DNA from: Chthoniobacterales bacterium
GTDB taxonomy: Bacteria; Verrucomicrobiota; Verrucomicrobiia; Chthoniobacterales; Chthoniobacteraceae
Length of the DNA stretch: 64,000 bases
Assembly: GCA_038207335.1 (NCBI GenBank)
Contig: JBBQZX010000007.1
Span: 64,001 to 128,000 of the forward strand
Direction: 5' to 3'
Positions 33,001-41,566 of the stretch are shown one piece after another (positions within the stretch are counted from its first letter, which is position 1; the number at the start of each line of letters is the position of its first letter). Both the position numbers and the translations under genes were made by a program. The notes beneath the pieces were generated by a model. It worked only from the letters and a program-made list of their open reading frames with translations. It searched no databases and was not told the origin of the DNA.

Positions 33001-33418
33001 AATTACCTCCACCGAGCGACGCCCCGCCGTCGTTCACCATCACATAATTCGCCTGCGAGACACGCGCGATGAAATGCACATTTGCCCACGTCTCCCAATC
33101 CGCCGCGGCGGTGATAAACACCTCGCGATGCTCCGGCGTCACGTTCCCATTGAAGGCGTAATAAATATTGCCTCCCGTCCACAGTAAGACACCCGCATCC
33201 GTCGCGGAATTTGGCGTGACCGTTCTGCCCGAGAGCCGGTCGCCCATCGCGCGGAGTGTCTTCGCGCGGAAAAACATGTCGCCGAGCGGCACGACCTCTT
33301 CCGGAGAAACCACACCCGCCAGCGCCGCTTCGATCACCGCGACATCCCACGAGTCTTTCGCGCGCAGCGAACCCAGAAATGCGACGAAAACCCATGCGCC
33401 GAAAAGCCACGTTTTCAT
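30092..33418 (-). CDS. Secreted astacin (M12A) metalloprotease with beta-helix repeats and a Ca-binding C-terminal domain
   Basis: HETGHALGLQHEQQRTDRD, Met-turn SVMHY; repeated IGG...GNVISGN units; DSDGDGIPD, DRDGDG..N..E..AGTDP; terminal RFYR. Confidence 0.88.
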   Translation of the reverse strand: MKTWLFGAWVFVAFLGSLRAKDSWDVAVIEAALAGVVSPEEVVPLGDMFFRAKTLRAMGDRLSGRTVTPNSATDAGVLLWTGGNIYYAFNGNVTPEHREVFITAAADWETWANVHFIARVSQANYVMVNDGGASLGGGNSAVGMIGGAQQLNIGSNSWNHGTLCHETGHALGLQHEQQRTDRDTFVTILTGNIATGQAGNFTKLTNSVNRGGYDFYSVMHYERNALSTNTSPPPNPAINDPARDTIEPTALYTAFLNIIGRETDRTLSKLDRAGMALMYGVPTISPGTVVTNTSESGAGSLRTALEYAFDRVIDFPAATTTVTFNIPTSDLGFASGRWTMQPASQTYSPGDRTTIDATTQPGMASLPRVILSGVKIVAPNYSHGLVLRAASCTVRGFAINAFNQFGISISGPAATGNIVGGCFIGTDAAGTSAVANTFSGIDVSGGAHGNTIGGSAPADRNVISGNSSYGITIHDSATTGNVVCGNFIGLNSAGMTALPNFYAGIGVYGGAQGTLIGGTAAGAGNVIAGNSNEGVAITDTGTGGTILQGNVIGLNAAGTATPNMGPGVSIYSGATAATIGGTVASAGNVISGNASYGIYLADSGATGIAVQGNRIGTNAAGTAARPNAYAGIGIFSGASGNTIGGVAPGAGNLISGNSNQGIALGSVGTSGNVIAGNKIGTDFAGTAALPNSFSGISIFSGASSNSIGGVVPGAGNVISANLDRGVTISEAGTDGNFVQGNFIGLDATGTVALGNTGRGIDIYSGAQLTKIGGGVGARNVISGNGGEGISLSGTGTNLNTIQGNTIGVNATATAPIGNKAGVQLFGGPKNNAIGGEGLGLGNIVAGNTGRGVQLFDSGTSENSIRANSIYANNGGGIGLFSSANASQAAPTLTSATLGLTTTVAGNLTAAAGIYRVEFFANPPGTSQGAVFLGGMDVDTNGSGTASFSAPLAPSVPAGQLITATATSPAGNTSSFSTTRIVTTTDSDGDGIPDIYESAHHLNPGINDAAVDRDGDGTTNFQEFVAGTDPESSASAMRIGSVTTTVNDVAISFPSVLGKIYRLEMRDSLASGAWAPLVDQFAGTGGTLTITDPGAVALSMRFYRAVILP

Positions 33419-33518
33419 GCCCCCATGGTGGCCCCATTTTCACCCGAAAAAAGCGGAATCTACGCGGCCCCTTTTCGACTTGCGCAAGCCGGTGCCTTAA
33501 TCCGATTCGGGCGTTGCT

Positions 33519-33956
33519 TCAAAGCCGAACCGGCGGAAACCAGACGTAGAGCATGAGATAGACGAGGACACCGGTGATGGAGACGTAGAGCCAGACCGGC
33601 ACGGTGATTTTCGCAATGCGGCGGTGGCGGTCGTAGCGGGCGCGCAGGGCCGGGATGACGGTCATCAGGACGAGCGGGACGGTGAGGCCGGCGAGCGGGA
33701 TGTGGGTGACGAGGATGAAGTAATAGACGCTCCGCGGCCAGCCGGGGTGTGTGAAGCGCGTAACGATGCCGTGCGAAAGCCAGTGGTAGGTGAGGTAGCT
33801 CGCGAGGAACGCCGTGGAGGTGACGAGGGCGCAGGTCATCAGGGTGATGTGCAGGCCCTTGCGGTCGGACTTGATCGCGGCGAGGCCGGCGCAGATGAAG
33901 AGGAAGCTCGTGCCGTTGAGGGTGGCGTTGAGCAGCGGGAGGTCGTGAACGGTCAC
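33519..33956 (-). CDS. DUF420 (CtaM-like) oxidase assembly membrane protein
   Basis: LP.LNA.LN, FL.SYL.YH, LVTHI.L, HRRIAK...PVWLYVSITGV.VY. Confidence 0.88.
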   Translation of the reverse strand: MTVHDLPLLNATLNGTSFLFICAGLAAIKSDRKGLHITLMTCALVTSTAFLASYLTYHWLSHGIVTRFTHPGWPRSVYYFILVTHIPLAGLTVPLVLMTVIPALRARYDRHRRIAKITVPVWLYVSITGVLVYLMLYVWFPPVRL

Positions 33957-34609
33957 CTGCTCTCCTTTCGCAGGCGCTCGAGGTCGGTGAGAAGATGGGC
34001 GCTGCCCTCAGCCGTGAGGGCGTCGTAAAAGCCGCGCACGTATCCGTTTTTATCGACGAGCACGAGCTTCGTGCTGTGCGTGACGGGCTCCTTCACGGTG
34101 CCGCCTTCGTCGCTGACTCCGAGCTTGAAGCCCTTGTTCGCAAATTCGTAGATCGCTGATTTGTCGCCGGTCAGGAAGAACCAGCCGTCGCCTGCGTGGA
34201 ATTTCGCGGCGTATTCTTTGAGGACTTCGGGCGTGTCGCGCCCGGGATCAGCGGAGATGGAGACGAGAGCGACATCGGGCATCGACGCGGTAACTTTTTG
34301 CAAATCCCCGAGGCGGCTCGTCATCATCGGGCACGGGCCAGGGCAGCTTGTGTAGAAGAAATCGGCGACCCAGATTTTGCCACGCAGGTCGGATTGCGTG
34401 ATGGTTTTACCGCTGCGCTCGGTGAATGAGAAAGCGGGCAGAAGCCAGTGGCGCGGGAGTTCACCGGCCGGCGCGGGAGCGTCGAGCATCTCGAAGGCGT
34501 CGTCCTTTTTCCCGCACGCCGCGAGGAGGACGGAGAGGAGAAGCATGGGCAGCAGGACGTGTTTAATCTTCGACAATCCAGCGAGTAAAGGTGGAATCCG
34601 TTTGCTCAT
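33953..34609 (-). CDS. SCO family copper chaperone (lipoprotein)
   Basis: LAAC lipobox; FFYTSCPGPCP (CxxxC); THSTKLVLVD. Confidence 0.93.
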   Translation of the reverse strand: MSKRIPPLLAGLSKIKHVLLPMLLLSVLLAACGKKDDAFEMLDAPAPAGELPRHWLLPAFSFTERSGKTITQSDLRGKIWVADFFYTSCPGPCPMMTSRLGDLQKVTASMPDVALVSISADPGRDTPEVLKEYAAKFHAGDGWFFLTGDKSAIYEFANKGFKLGVSDEGGTVKEPVTHSTKLVLVDKNGYVRGFYDALTAEGSAHLLTDLERLRKESR

Positions 34610-35526
34610 CGTTTTGTGAAGACCATGAGGCCGAGGATGAGCGGGAGGTAGAGGATCGATGCGAAGAAAAGGCGGCGGGCGACGGGGCGCGTGCGGTCGA
34701 GGAAAAAGTGCGCGGCGAGAGCGAAGAGCACGCCATTCAGGAGCAGCGCGCCGGCCAGGTAGAGGGTGTTATTCTGACCCGAAAAATAGGGGACGAGACA
34801 GATGCCCGAGAGCGCCGCCGCGAAGACGAGGCTGGTGAGCGCGGTCATCGCTCCGCTGGCATCGTCGCGTTTCAGCATGATGAAGCCGGCCTGCGCGTAT
34901 TCGTCGCGATACATCCAGGCGATGGCGAGGAAGTGCGGCATTTGCCAGGTGAAAAGGACGCCGAAAAGCACCCACGCGCCGAGGCCGACGGTCGGGCTTG
35001 CACCCTGTGCGGCGGTCCAACCAATGACCGGCGGGATGCCGCCGGAAACCGCGCCGACGATCGTGCAAAGCGCGGTGCGGCGCTTCAGCGGCGTGTAAAG
35101 GAAGAGGTAGATCGCGACGGTCGCGGCGGCGAGCGCGGCGCTGAGCGGGTTGGTCGCGAGCCAGAGCCACGCGACGCCGGTTGCCGCAAGCGCGATTCCG
35201 AGGAGGAGCGCGGTGCCGGATTTCATTCGGCCGGCGGGGAGCGGGCGCGATTTTGTCCGCTCCATGAGGCGATCGACGGGGCTCTCGATCCATTGGTTCA
35301 GCACGGCGGCGGCGGCGGCGGCGAGCGCGGTGCCGAGCGTGGCGCTGATGAGGCGCAGCCAGTCGAGCTGCGGCCCGCTGGCCATGCAAAAGCCGATGAA
35401 GGTTGTGATGATGACTAGCAGGCTGAGTCGCGCCTTCGTGAGCGTGAGCAGGTCGCTGACGAGGCCGATTTCGGGCGTCTCGGCCAAGTCGTCGAGCGCG
35501 AGGATGTCGTCGGTGGCGCGGCTCAT
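34606..35526 (-). CDS. ctaB: Protoheme IX farnesyltransferase (heme o synthase)
   Basis: LTKARL, NQWIE..VDRLMERT..RPLP, YTPLKR, WQMPHF, DEYAQAG; start at MSRATDD. Confidence 0.93.
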   Translation of the reverse strand: MSRATDDILALDDLAETPEIGLVSDLLTLTKARLSLLVIITTFIGFCMASGPQLDWLRLISATLGTALAAAAAAVLNQWIESPVDRLMERTKSRPLPAGRMKSGTALLLGIALAATGVAWLWLATNPLSAALAAATVAIYLFLYTPLKRRTALCTIVGAVSGGIPPVIGWTAAQGASPTVGLGAWVLFGVLFTWQMPHFLAIAWMYRDEYAQAGFIMLKRDDASGAMTALTSLVFAAALSGICLVPYFSGQNNTLYLAGALLLNGVLFALAAHFFLDRTRPVARRLFFASILYLPLILGLMVFTKR

Positions 35527-36764
35527 GCGCGAGCCTCCTCGAGCGCGGCAGCGGGCGCAAACTGCGTGGTGGAAAGTGCGCGCGTCCATGTCGCGCGGAC
35601 GGCGAGGAGGACCGTGGTGGCGACGAGCGCCGCGCCATTCAAGACGTGCGCGGTGCGGATGAGGAGGACGGCGACCTCGTGCGGCACGCGCTGGCCGGTG
35701 AGCGTAGCAGCGACGCCCGCGACTGCGGTGGCAAATTGCGCGCCGTCAGGATTCGAGCCGGACCACGCCCAGATGGTCATGACGCCGAGCGTGACTTGCA
35801 GCGCGAGCAGCCCGAGGAGCAGGACGGCAGGCACGATGATGCGGCTCTCCCCGCTCGCTCCGCGGAGCGAGCGGATGGCTGCGGCGACCACGAAAATGGT
35901 GACGAGCAGCGCCCCGAAACGGGTGTGTGTGAAATTGAGATCGACCGGCGCACTGTGCGCGTGCGGCATGAATCCGCCGTCGGGATTCGCAGTCGGGAAT
36001 GTCTGGATCGCGAGCCCCGCGCCCATGTGCCGCATGGTGGCACCGACGAGGAGTTGGAGAAAAATCACGCCGACTGCAATCCATGCGAGCCGCGCGATTT
36101 TCGGAAATGCCGGCGACCAGCGTATGCGCGGCCAGGCGGGCGAAAGCATGGCAGCGAGAGCGACAAGGAGGGCGAGTTCGAGCTGCGCGAAGCAGCCGTG
36201 GAAGATGCGGAATGCGACCGCGAGCTGCGGATCGCCGCCGCTCTCGATCGTGACGCGGAGCCCGCCCGCGACCGCCTGCGCGAGGACTCCCAGAAATGCC
36301 GCAAACGCCAGCCACCGCACGGCTGCCGGATGCCCGTCAGCGCGCTTTTTCCCGAAAAACAGCGCCACGGCAAATGTGAGCGCCGCGCTCCAGAGTCCGA
36401 TGTGCGCGACGATGGGGCCGGTTACGCCAGTGACTTTCGCGATCCCGGCGAGCACGATCGAGACGCCCGCTGACAGCGGTAACGCCCACTGGCGTTGCCA
36501 GACCCACGCGCACAAAATGCCGACGAGGAGGCCGACGGTTTCCGCCGTGAGCCGGTGCCCGTGCTCCAGCCGCTCGAAGAGATTCGCCCACCAGCCGCTC
36601 GGATTCAACGACCCGTGGCTCAGTGGCCAGTCAGGAAAGGCCATCCCCGCGCCGGAGGTCGTCGTGTGACCGCCGATGAAGATGAGCACGAAGGTCGCCG
36701 CGACGACGAGCTTTGCGAAGCGCGCCAGCCAGAGGTGCGGAAAAGTGTGGCCGGTGTCGTTCAC
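35523..36764 (-). CDS. ctaA: Heme A synthase (COX15/CtaA)
   Basis: GG.TT..GAGMAFPDWP, EHGHR, GGLRV, HGCFAQ, GATMRH, HTR, HVLNG. Confidence 0.88.
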   Translation of the reverse strand: MNDTGHTFPHLWLARFAKLVVAATFVLIFIGGHTTTSGAGMAFPDWPLSHGSLNPSGWWANLFERLEHGHRLTAETVGLLVGILCAWVWQRQWALPLSAGVSIVLAGIAKVTGVTGPIVAHIGLWSAALTFAVALFFGKKRADGHPAAVRWLAFAAFLGVLAQAVAGGLRVTIESGGDPQLAVAFRIFHGCFAQLELALLVALAAMLSPAWPRIRWSPAFPKIARLAWIAVGVIFLQLLVGATMRHMGAGLAIQTFPTANPDGGFMPHAHSAPVDLNFTHTRFGALLVTIFVVAAAIRSLRGASGESRIIVPAVLLLGLLALQVTLGVMTIWAWSGSNPDGAQFATAVAGVAATLTGQRVPHEVAVLLIRTAHVLNGAALVATTVLLAVRATWTRALSTTQFAPAAALEEARA

Positions 36765-36818
36765 GAGAGAGTCTTCTTGGCCCCGCGAAAGCAGCGCGGG
36801 TGTGCGGCCTTGCGCCGC

Positions 36819-37703
36819 TTAGTTCGGCGAGCCCGTGGATGTCCGCACGGGCGGAGCATCGGGCGTCGGCGGAGCGGAGACTGCCTTCTCGCCGGAGGGC
36901 GCTGGCTGTGCGGCGCCAGGAGCGGGTGCTGGAACGACAGGCGTGGGGGCGTCGGGGTGCTGGAGTTTCGCGAGTTCCTGATACCACGAGTCCCAGTCAC
37001 TCTGCGGCTCGACGGCCATCGTGGCGCGCATGGCGTAATGACCCGCGCCGCAAAGCTGCGCGCAGACGATCTCGAAATTGCCCGTCTTGATCGGGCGGAA
37101 CCAAACCGGCACACGCGATCCCGGAATCGCATCCTGCGTGATGCGCATGTTGTGCAGCGAAAGACTGTGGATCACGTCCTTTGAGGTAATCTCGATGACA
37201 GTCGGCTTGTAATTGATGAGGTGCAGTTCGTTTTTTGAAACCACGTCGTCCTTGCCTGCAGGGTCGTTCGGATCGAGGCCGAGCGGATTGTTCGCATCCA
37301 CGAGGTGCGCGTTCTGCCGTCCGAAGATGCCGTCAGGGCCGGGGTAGTGAAAATTCCACGCGAATTGCTCGCCGACAGCGTGGACACGCAGAGCCTGCGC
37401 TTTATCGGGGAAGGAATCCTCAGTCACGCGCTTGCCCCACAGCGGGAGGCCGAAGCCGAGCAGCAGCACCGCCTCAACGAGAACGACTGTGAACTCGAGA
37501 TGCGTGGAAACCTTGCTTTTAACACCGTGATAATTGGCGCGCGGATTCCGCGACCGATGGAAACGGTAGATCGTGTAGAGGAAAAAGATGAACCAGCCGA
37601 TGAACAGGAGGAGCATGAACCAATGGCAGAACTCGAGCATGTGATCGATCGAGTAGCCGTGTTCGGAAGCGTCGGGGACGATCCCCATCCATTTGTTGAG
37701 CAT
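36819..37703 (-). CDS. ctaC: Cytochrome c oxidase subunit II (CuA; no fused cytochrome c)
   Basis: Two TM helices; QFAWNFHYPG, DVIHS, CAQLCGAGHYAM; Pro/Ala tail. Confidence 0.95.
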   Translation of the reverse strand: MLNKWMGIVPDASEHGYSIDHMLEFCHWFMLLLFIGWFIFFLYTIYRFHRSRNPRANYHGVKSKVSTHLEFTVVLVEAVLLLGFGLPLWGKRVTEDSFPDKAQALRVHAVGEQFAWNFHYPGPDGIFGRQNAHLVDANNPLGLDPNDPAGKDDVVSKNELHLINYKPTVIEITSKDVIHSLSLHNMRITQDAIPGSRVPVWFRPIKTGNFEIVCAQLCGAGHYAMRATMAVEPQSDWDSWYQELAKLQHPDAPTPVVPAPAPGAAQPAPSGEKAVSAPPTPDAPPVRTSTGSPN

Positions 37704-37709
37704 GTGAGT

Positions 37710-37997
37710 TTAGTCGTTGTCTGCACCGTCGTCCTTGGACGAGTCGTCTGCGATGTCGAATTGCGGAGGCATGGGTGTATTCGCGCGCCTCGCGAGGGTG
37801 ACGCCGAACGCGCAGAGCAGCGCGAGGACTCCACCGATCATTCCCAGCATGAGAAAGATTGAAGCGTTCAGCGCGCCTGCGGCTTTGGAATTTGGGTCGC
37901 CCATGCACACGGCGCAGGCGGAGGCGGAGAGAGGATTGGCGAGCAGCGCGAATGTCAGCGCGACTCCGAGCGATCGGATCGAGGTGAAAGTGCTCAT
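37710..37997 (-). CDS. Small exported membrane protein with a CxxC motif
   Basis: Signal peptide ending ASA, then CAVCMG and one TM helix; ATG at 37997 overlaps the upstream stop. Confidence 0.7.
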   Translation of the reverse strand: MSTFTSIRSLGVALTFALLANPLSASACAVCMGDPNSKAAGALNASIFLMLGMIGGVLALLCAFGVTLARRANTPMPPQFDIADDSSKDDGADND

Positions 37998-38179
37998 GTG
38001 ATGATGTGGCGCGATTTTTTCAGAAACCAGACACCGTAAGCGACGAGACCGACCGCCACCACGACCGATCCTACGCCGAAATAAAGCTCCACTCCATTCA
38101 CAAATGCCCATGCAGCGCACCCTGACGCCAAGAGGATCGCCAGCAGGATGAACAGGATGTGAAAGGCTTTGAGCGACAT
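37994..38179 (-). CDS. Small two-TM protein in the oxidase operon (61 aa)
   Basis: MSLKAFHILFI...; abuts the subunit IV stop and overlaps the next start. Confidence 0.7.
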   Translation of the reverse strand: MSLKAFHILFILLAILLASGCAAWAFVNGVELYFGVGSVVVAVGLVAYGVWFLKKSRHIIT

Positions 38180-38551
38180 TTAGTGAGTGTTGTGCGACGT
38201 GCCGAAAATCGGATCCGTCCAAGCCAGCAACGTCAGCAAAAAGAGACCGCAGACGAAGAATGCGGTGAAGTAGAGGAAGCGAGTGATGGTCGGCTTCTCG
38301 CCTTTCAAGTGCATGAAAATCGCACCGACCAAGCTGACCTTGAACGCAGCAACGAGCAGCGCAATGACGATGTTCCGCGAGCGGGACCCGAAGTCGATGT
38401 AGGACAAAAAGACCGTGAAACCGGTGAGGGCGATGAGCGCCGCGCCGATGCCCCAATAGAGCTTCAGGTGCATGTCGTGGTGCCCATGCTCGTCGGCGTG
38501 TGCGGGTGCGTGATTGGTGGGAGTTACTGCGGGGCTGTGCGAGTCGCTCAT
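38180..38551 (-). CDS. Cytochrome c oxidase subunit IV family protein
   Basis: His-rich N-terminus; LT..TV, IALLVA.FK..LV...FMHLKGE. Confidence 0.88.
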   Translation of the reverse strand: MSDSHSPAVTPTNHAPAHADEHGHHDMHLKLYWGIGAALIALTGFTVFLSYIDFGSRSRNIVIALLVAAFKVSLVGAIFMHLKGEKPTITRFLYFTAFFVCGLFLLTLLAWTDPIFGTSHNTH

Positions 38552-38561
38552 GTCGGTAGGA

Positions 38562-39539
38562 TCAAAGGAGGTAGAAGAGCGGGAAGACGAAAATCCAGAC
38601 GAGATCGACGAAGTGCCAGAAAAGACCGACGACTTCGACACGATTGGCGAGGTGCTCAGGGTTGGTCTTGTAGAGCTTCGCGCCAGGTCCCCAGAAATAA
38701 AGGAATACCAGCACGCCCGCCAAGACGTGCGCACCGTGCAAGCCGGTGATCGTGAAATAGACCGCGAAGTAGGAACTGTGCCGGGGGATGAACATGCTGG
38801 GACTCGAGATTTCCAAGTCTTCCGCGTGGATGACCGCGGTCTTCATCGACAGCTTCTTCGGCCAGAAATGCGGACGTTCGTTGTCTTCACTGGTCGGCTC
38901 GGCGTTCACCTCATCAAGCTGGATCACGTAGTCGGTGGGATCATCCGTGCGGATGATCGGCGCGAGACCTTCTGCCGAGTGTTCACCCTCAGCATGCAGT
39001 TCGTGCTCGAAATGTTCGGCGTTCTTCTCTGCCACCTCTGCGTAGTGGGAACCCTTCGGAGCATCGAGCAGGTGACCAGTGATCTCGTAGCGCGGATCGA
39101 GGTTGTGCTCCTTGAGGAAGGCGTTGCCGAGATAAGGCTCATACTTCTCCAGTGACTCTTTTTTGATGAAGACGCCGAAGTGATTGAACTTCTGCGGATA
39201 CTCATACGCCAGCTTCACCACAAGGAAGAGGATGCCACACAAGATCGTGATGGCCATGTAGAACTTGTATTGCGCGAACTTTCGCATCTTCAGCGCAGCC
39301 CAAGACAACACTACCGTGACCGATGACAGGATGAGCACCGCGGTGTTGAATGTGCCAACTGGAACATTCAGCAAGCCGTGCGGCCAGTATCCCGGTTCAG
39401 CGCCAAGGCGGAGAAAGATGTAGCCCGAGAAAAGCCCGCCGAAGAGCATGACTTCCGATGCCAGAAAGAGCCAGATGCCCAGCTTGGCATTGTAGAGCCC
39501 CGTGTCCGGGCGCGCCGTTACTTCATGTGGAATTTGCAT
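38562..39539 (-). CDS. ctaE: Cytochrome c oxidase subunit III (short form with a large loop insertion)
   Basis: KLGIWLFLASEVMLFGGLF, NT.VLI.SS, YFTITGLHGAHV, GLFWHFVDLVWIFVFP. Confidence 0.93.
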   Translation of the reverse strand: MQIPHEVTARPDTGLYNAKLGIWLFLASEVMLFGGLFSGYIFLRLGAEPGYWPHGLLNVPVGTFNTAVLILSSVTVVLSWAALKMRKFAQYKFYMAITILCGILFLVVKLAYEYPQKFNHFGVFIKKESLEKYEPYLGNAFLKEHNLDPRYEITGHLLDAPKGSHYAEVAEKNAEHFEHELHAEGEHSAEGLAPIIRTDDPTDYVIQLDEVNAEPTSEDNERPHFWPKKLSMKTAVIHAEDLEISSPSMFIPRHSSYFAVYFTITGLHGAHVLAGVLVFLYFWGPGAKLYKTNPEHLANRVEVVGLFWHFVDLVWIFVFPLFYLL

Positions 39540-39542
39540 GTC

Positions 39543-41471
39543 TTAGTGTGCCTGAGCTGGAACCGGAACGGCGGAAGCGACGACTTTGACTCCAACCGGC
39601 TCAGTCTGAGGCGTGAAGTCTTTGTCTGCCCCAGGGACGCTGTATTCGTAAGGACCGCGATAGACGGTGATTTCGGTATCGAAGTTCCCATGTCCGGGAG
39701 GCGACGGCGCATCCCATTCGACGGTCGTCGCATCCCACGGATTCCGGCCGACTTTCTTTCCGTTAAACATGCTCCAGAAGAAATTGAAGATGAACGGGAG
39801 TTGGAACGCGGCGAGGCAGAACGCCGAGGTGCTCATGAATTTATTCCAGTGCAAGACGGGGCCCGCGAACTGATAAGTCAAGTGCTCCAAATCCGCGCCA
39901 CCGCCATCGTACCAGCGGCGATGCACACCCGCCATGCCTTGTAGGAACATGGGGAAGAAGAGGCCATTGATGAAAACCAAGGAACCCCAGAAGTGAATGC
40001 GGCCAAGGAAGTCATTCAACTGGCGACCGGTCGCTTTTGGGAACCAATAATAGACGCCGGCGAAAATAGCGAAAATCGTTCCCGGCGCGACGATGTAATG
40101 GAAGTGCCCGATGATGTAGTAGGTGTCGTGCAGGTAGAGATCGACGGCATTGAAGGCCAGCGGGATGCCCGTAAGACCGCCGATGCCGAACATTGGCATG
40201 AAGGCAGTGGCGAACATCATCGGCATGGTGAATCGGATCGACCCGCCCCACAGCGATAGCATGAGTGCGGTGATCAGGATGACCGATGGGATGGAGATGA
40301 GGATGGTCGTGACTTGGAAGAAGCCCGCGACCGTGGCGCCCATCCCAGTCATATACATGTGATGCGCCCAGACGATGAACGAGAGGAAGGCGAGGACGAA
40401 GATCGCGCCGACCATCGCTTTGTATCCGTAGAGCGGCTTGCGCGTGTTATTTGCCACGACCTCCGCGATTATGCCGATGCCGGGCAGGATGAGGACATAG
40501 ACCTCCGGGTGAGCCAAGAACCAGAACAAGTGCTGCCAGAGCAACGGACTGCCGCCGCCGGACCAGTCGGTGAGCCTTTGCCCCACGATCAAGCCCGTCG
40601 GCATGAAGAAGCTCGTGCCGAAGACGCGATCCATGAACTGGAAGATGCCCGCGGCCTCGAGCGGAGGGAACGCGAGAAGCAGGAGGAAGGCGGTGATGAA
40701 TTGCGCCCAGACGAAGAACGGGAGGCGCATCCAAGTCATGCCCGGCGCGCGTAATTGGATGATGGTCGCGATGAAGTTCACGGAGCCCAGTAGGGAGGCC
40801 GTGATGTTGAAAATCATGCCGGTGAGCCAAAGGGTTTGGCCGTTGAAAAAGTGGTGGTGGCCAATGCCCATGTCCGCGATGCCTGCGAGCGGCGGGTAGG
40901 CCGTCCAGCCCGATTTTGCGGCACCGCCGGGGACGAGGAAACTGACGAGCATGAAGATACAACTGATGAAGAAGCACCAGTAGCTCGCCATGTTGATGCG
41001 CGGAAAGGTCATGTCGGGCGCGCCGATTTGCAGCGGGACGACGAAGTTTCCAAAAGCGGCGAAGGCAATCGGCACGATGCCGAAGAAGACCATGATGGTG
41101 CCGTGCATCGCACCCATCGTGTTGTAGCCGTCGGGCGATAGGACTCCGGCAGGAAATTGGTCGCTGATGGCGCGCAGCCAGAACCAGCCGTCGAATTGCC
41201 CCGCGACGACTGGATGGGTCACGAGGAAGTTTTGCGCAGCGATGAAGGCGTGGCCGATGACTGGCACCGCGGTGCCAGGATGCGCGAGCTGCCACCGCAT
41301 GATGAGCATGAGGCAGAAGCCGAAGAACAGGAACGCGAGGCCGGTCAGGCCATACTGGATGCCGATCGTTTTGTGATCGGTGGAGAAGATGTATTTCCGC
41401 CAATAGCTGAGCTCGTGATGATGGTCGTCGTGATGCGCGGCGTGCGGATCGGCGTGTGTGTGAATTTCCAT
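39543..41471 (-). CDS. ctaD: Cytochrome c oxidase subunit I, A-family (A1 motif)
   Basis: STDHK, MHGTIM, PDMTFPRIN, GWTAYPPL, AHPEVY, WAHHM, HDTYYIIGHFHY, GVHRR. Confidence 0.97.
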   Translation of the reverse strand: MEIHTHADPHAAHHDDHHHELSYWRKYIFSTDHKTIGIQYGLTGLAFLFFGFCLMLIMRWQLAHPGTAVPVIGHAFIAAQNFLVTHPVVAGQFDGWFWLRAISDQFPAGVLSPDGYNTMGAMHGTIMVFFGIVPIAFAAFGNFVVPLQIGAPDMTFPRINMASYWCFFISCIFMLVSFLVPGGAAKSGWTAYPPLAGIADMGIGHHHFFNGQTLWLTGMIFNITASLLGSVNFIATIIQLRAPGMTWMRLPFFVWAQFITAFLLLLAFPPLEAAGIFQFMDRVFGTSFFMPTGLIVGQRLTDWSGGGSPLLWQHLFWFLAHPEVYVLILPGIGIIAEVVANNTRKPLYGYKAMVGAIFVLAFLSFIVWAHHMYMTGMGATVAGFFQVTTILISIPSVILITALMLSLWGGSIRFTMPMMFATAFMPMFGIGGLTGIPLAFNAVDLYLHDTYYIIGHFHYIVAPGTIFAIFAGVYYWFPKATGRQLNDFLGRIHFWGSLVFINGLFFPMFLQGMAGVHRRWYDGGGADLEHLTYQFAGPVLHWNKFMSTSAFCLAAFQLPFIFNFFWSMFNGKKVGRNPWDATTVEWDAPSPPGHGNFDTEITVYRGPYEYSVPGADKDFTPQTEPVGVKVVASAVPVPAQAH

Positions 41472-41566
41472 GCGGCGGTGAGATTTTAAACGGGGCGAGA
41501 CTTTAACGAGCGACTCGCGTTTCGCAATTGACGGGGTGTCTGCGGCCGATCATTCGGGCGGCGCGG

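Noticed and set aside
37998..38456. 248-aa ORF 37710..38456 as one protein
   Set aside because: The upstream part overlaps subunit IV and the 61-aa ORF in other frames; the real start is 37997
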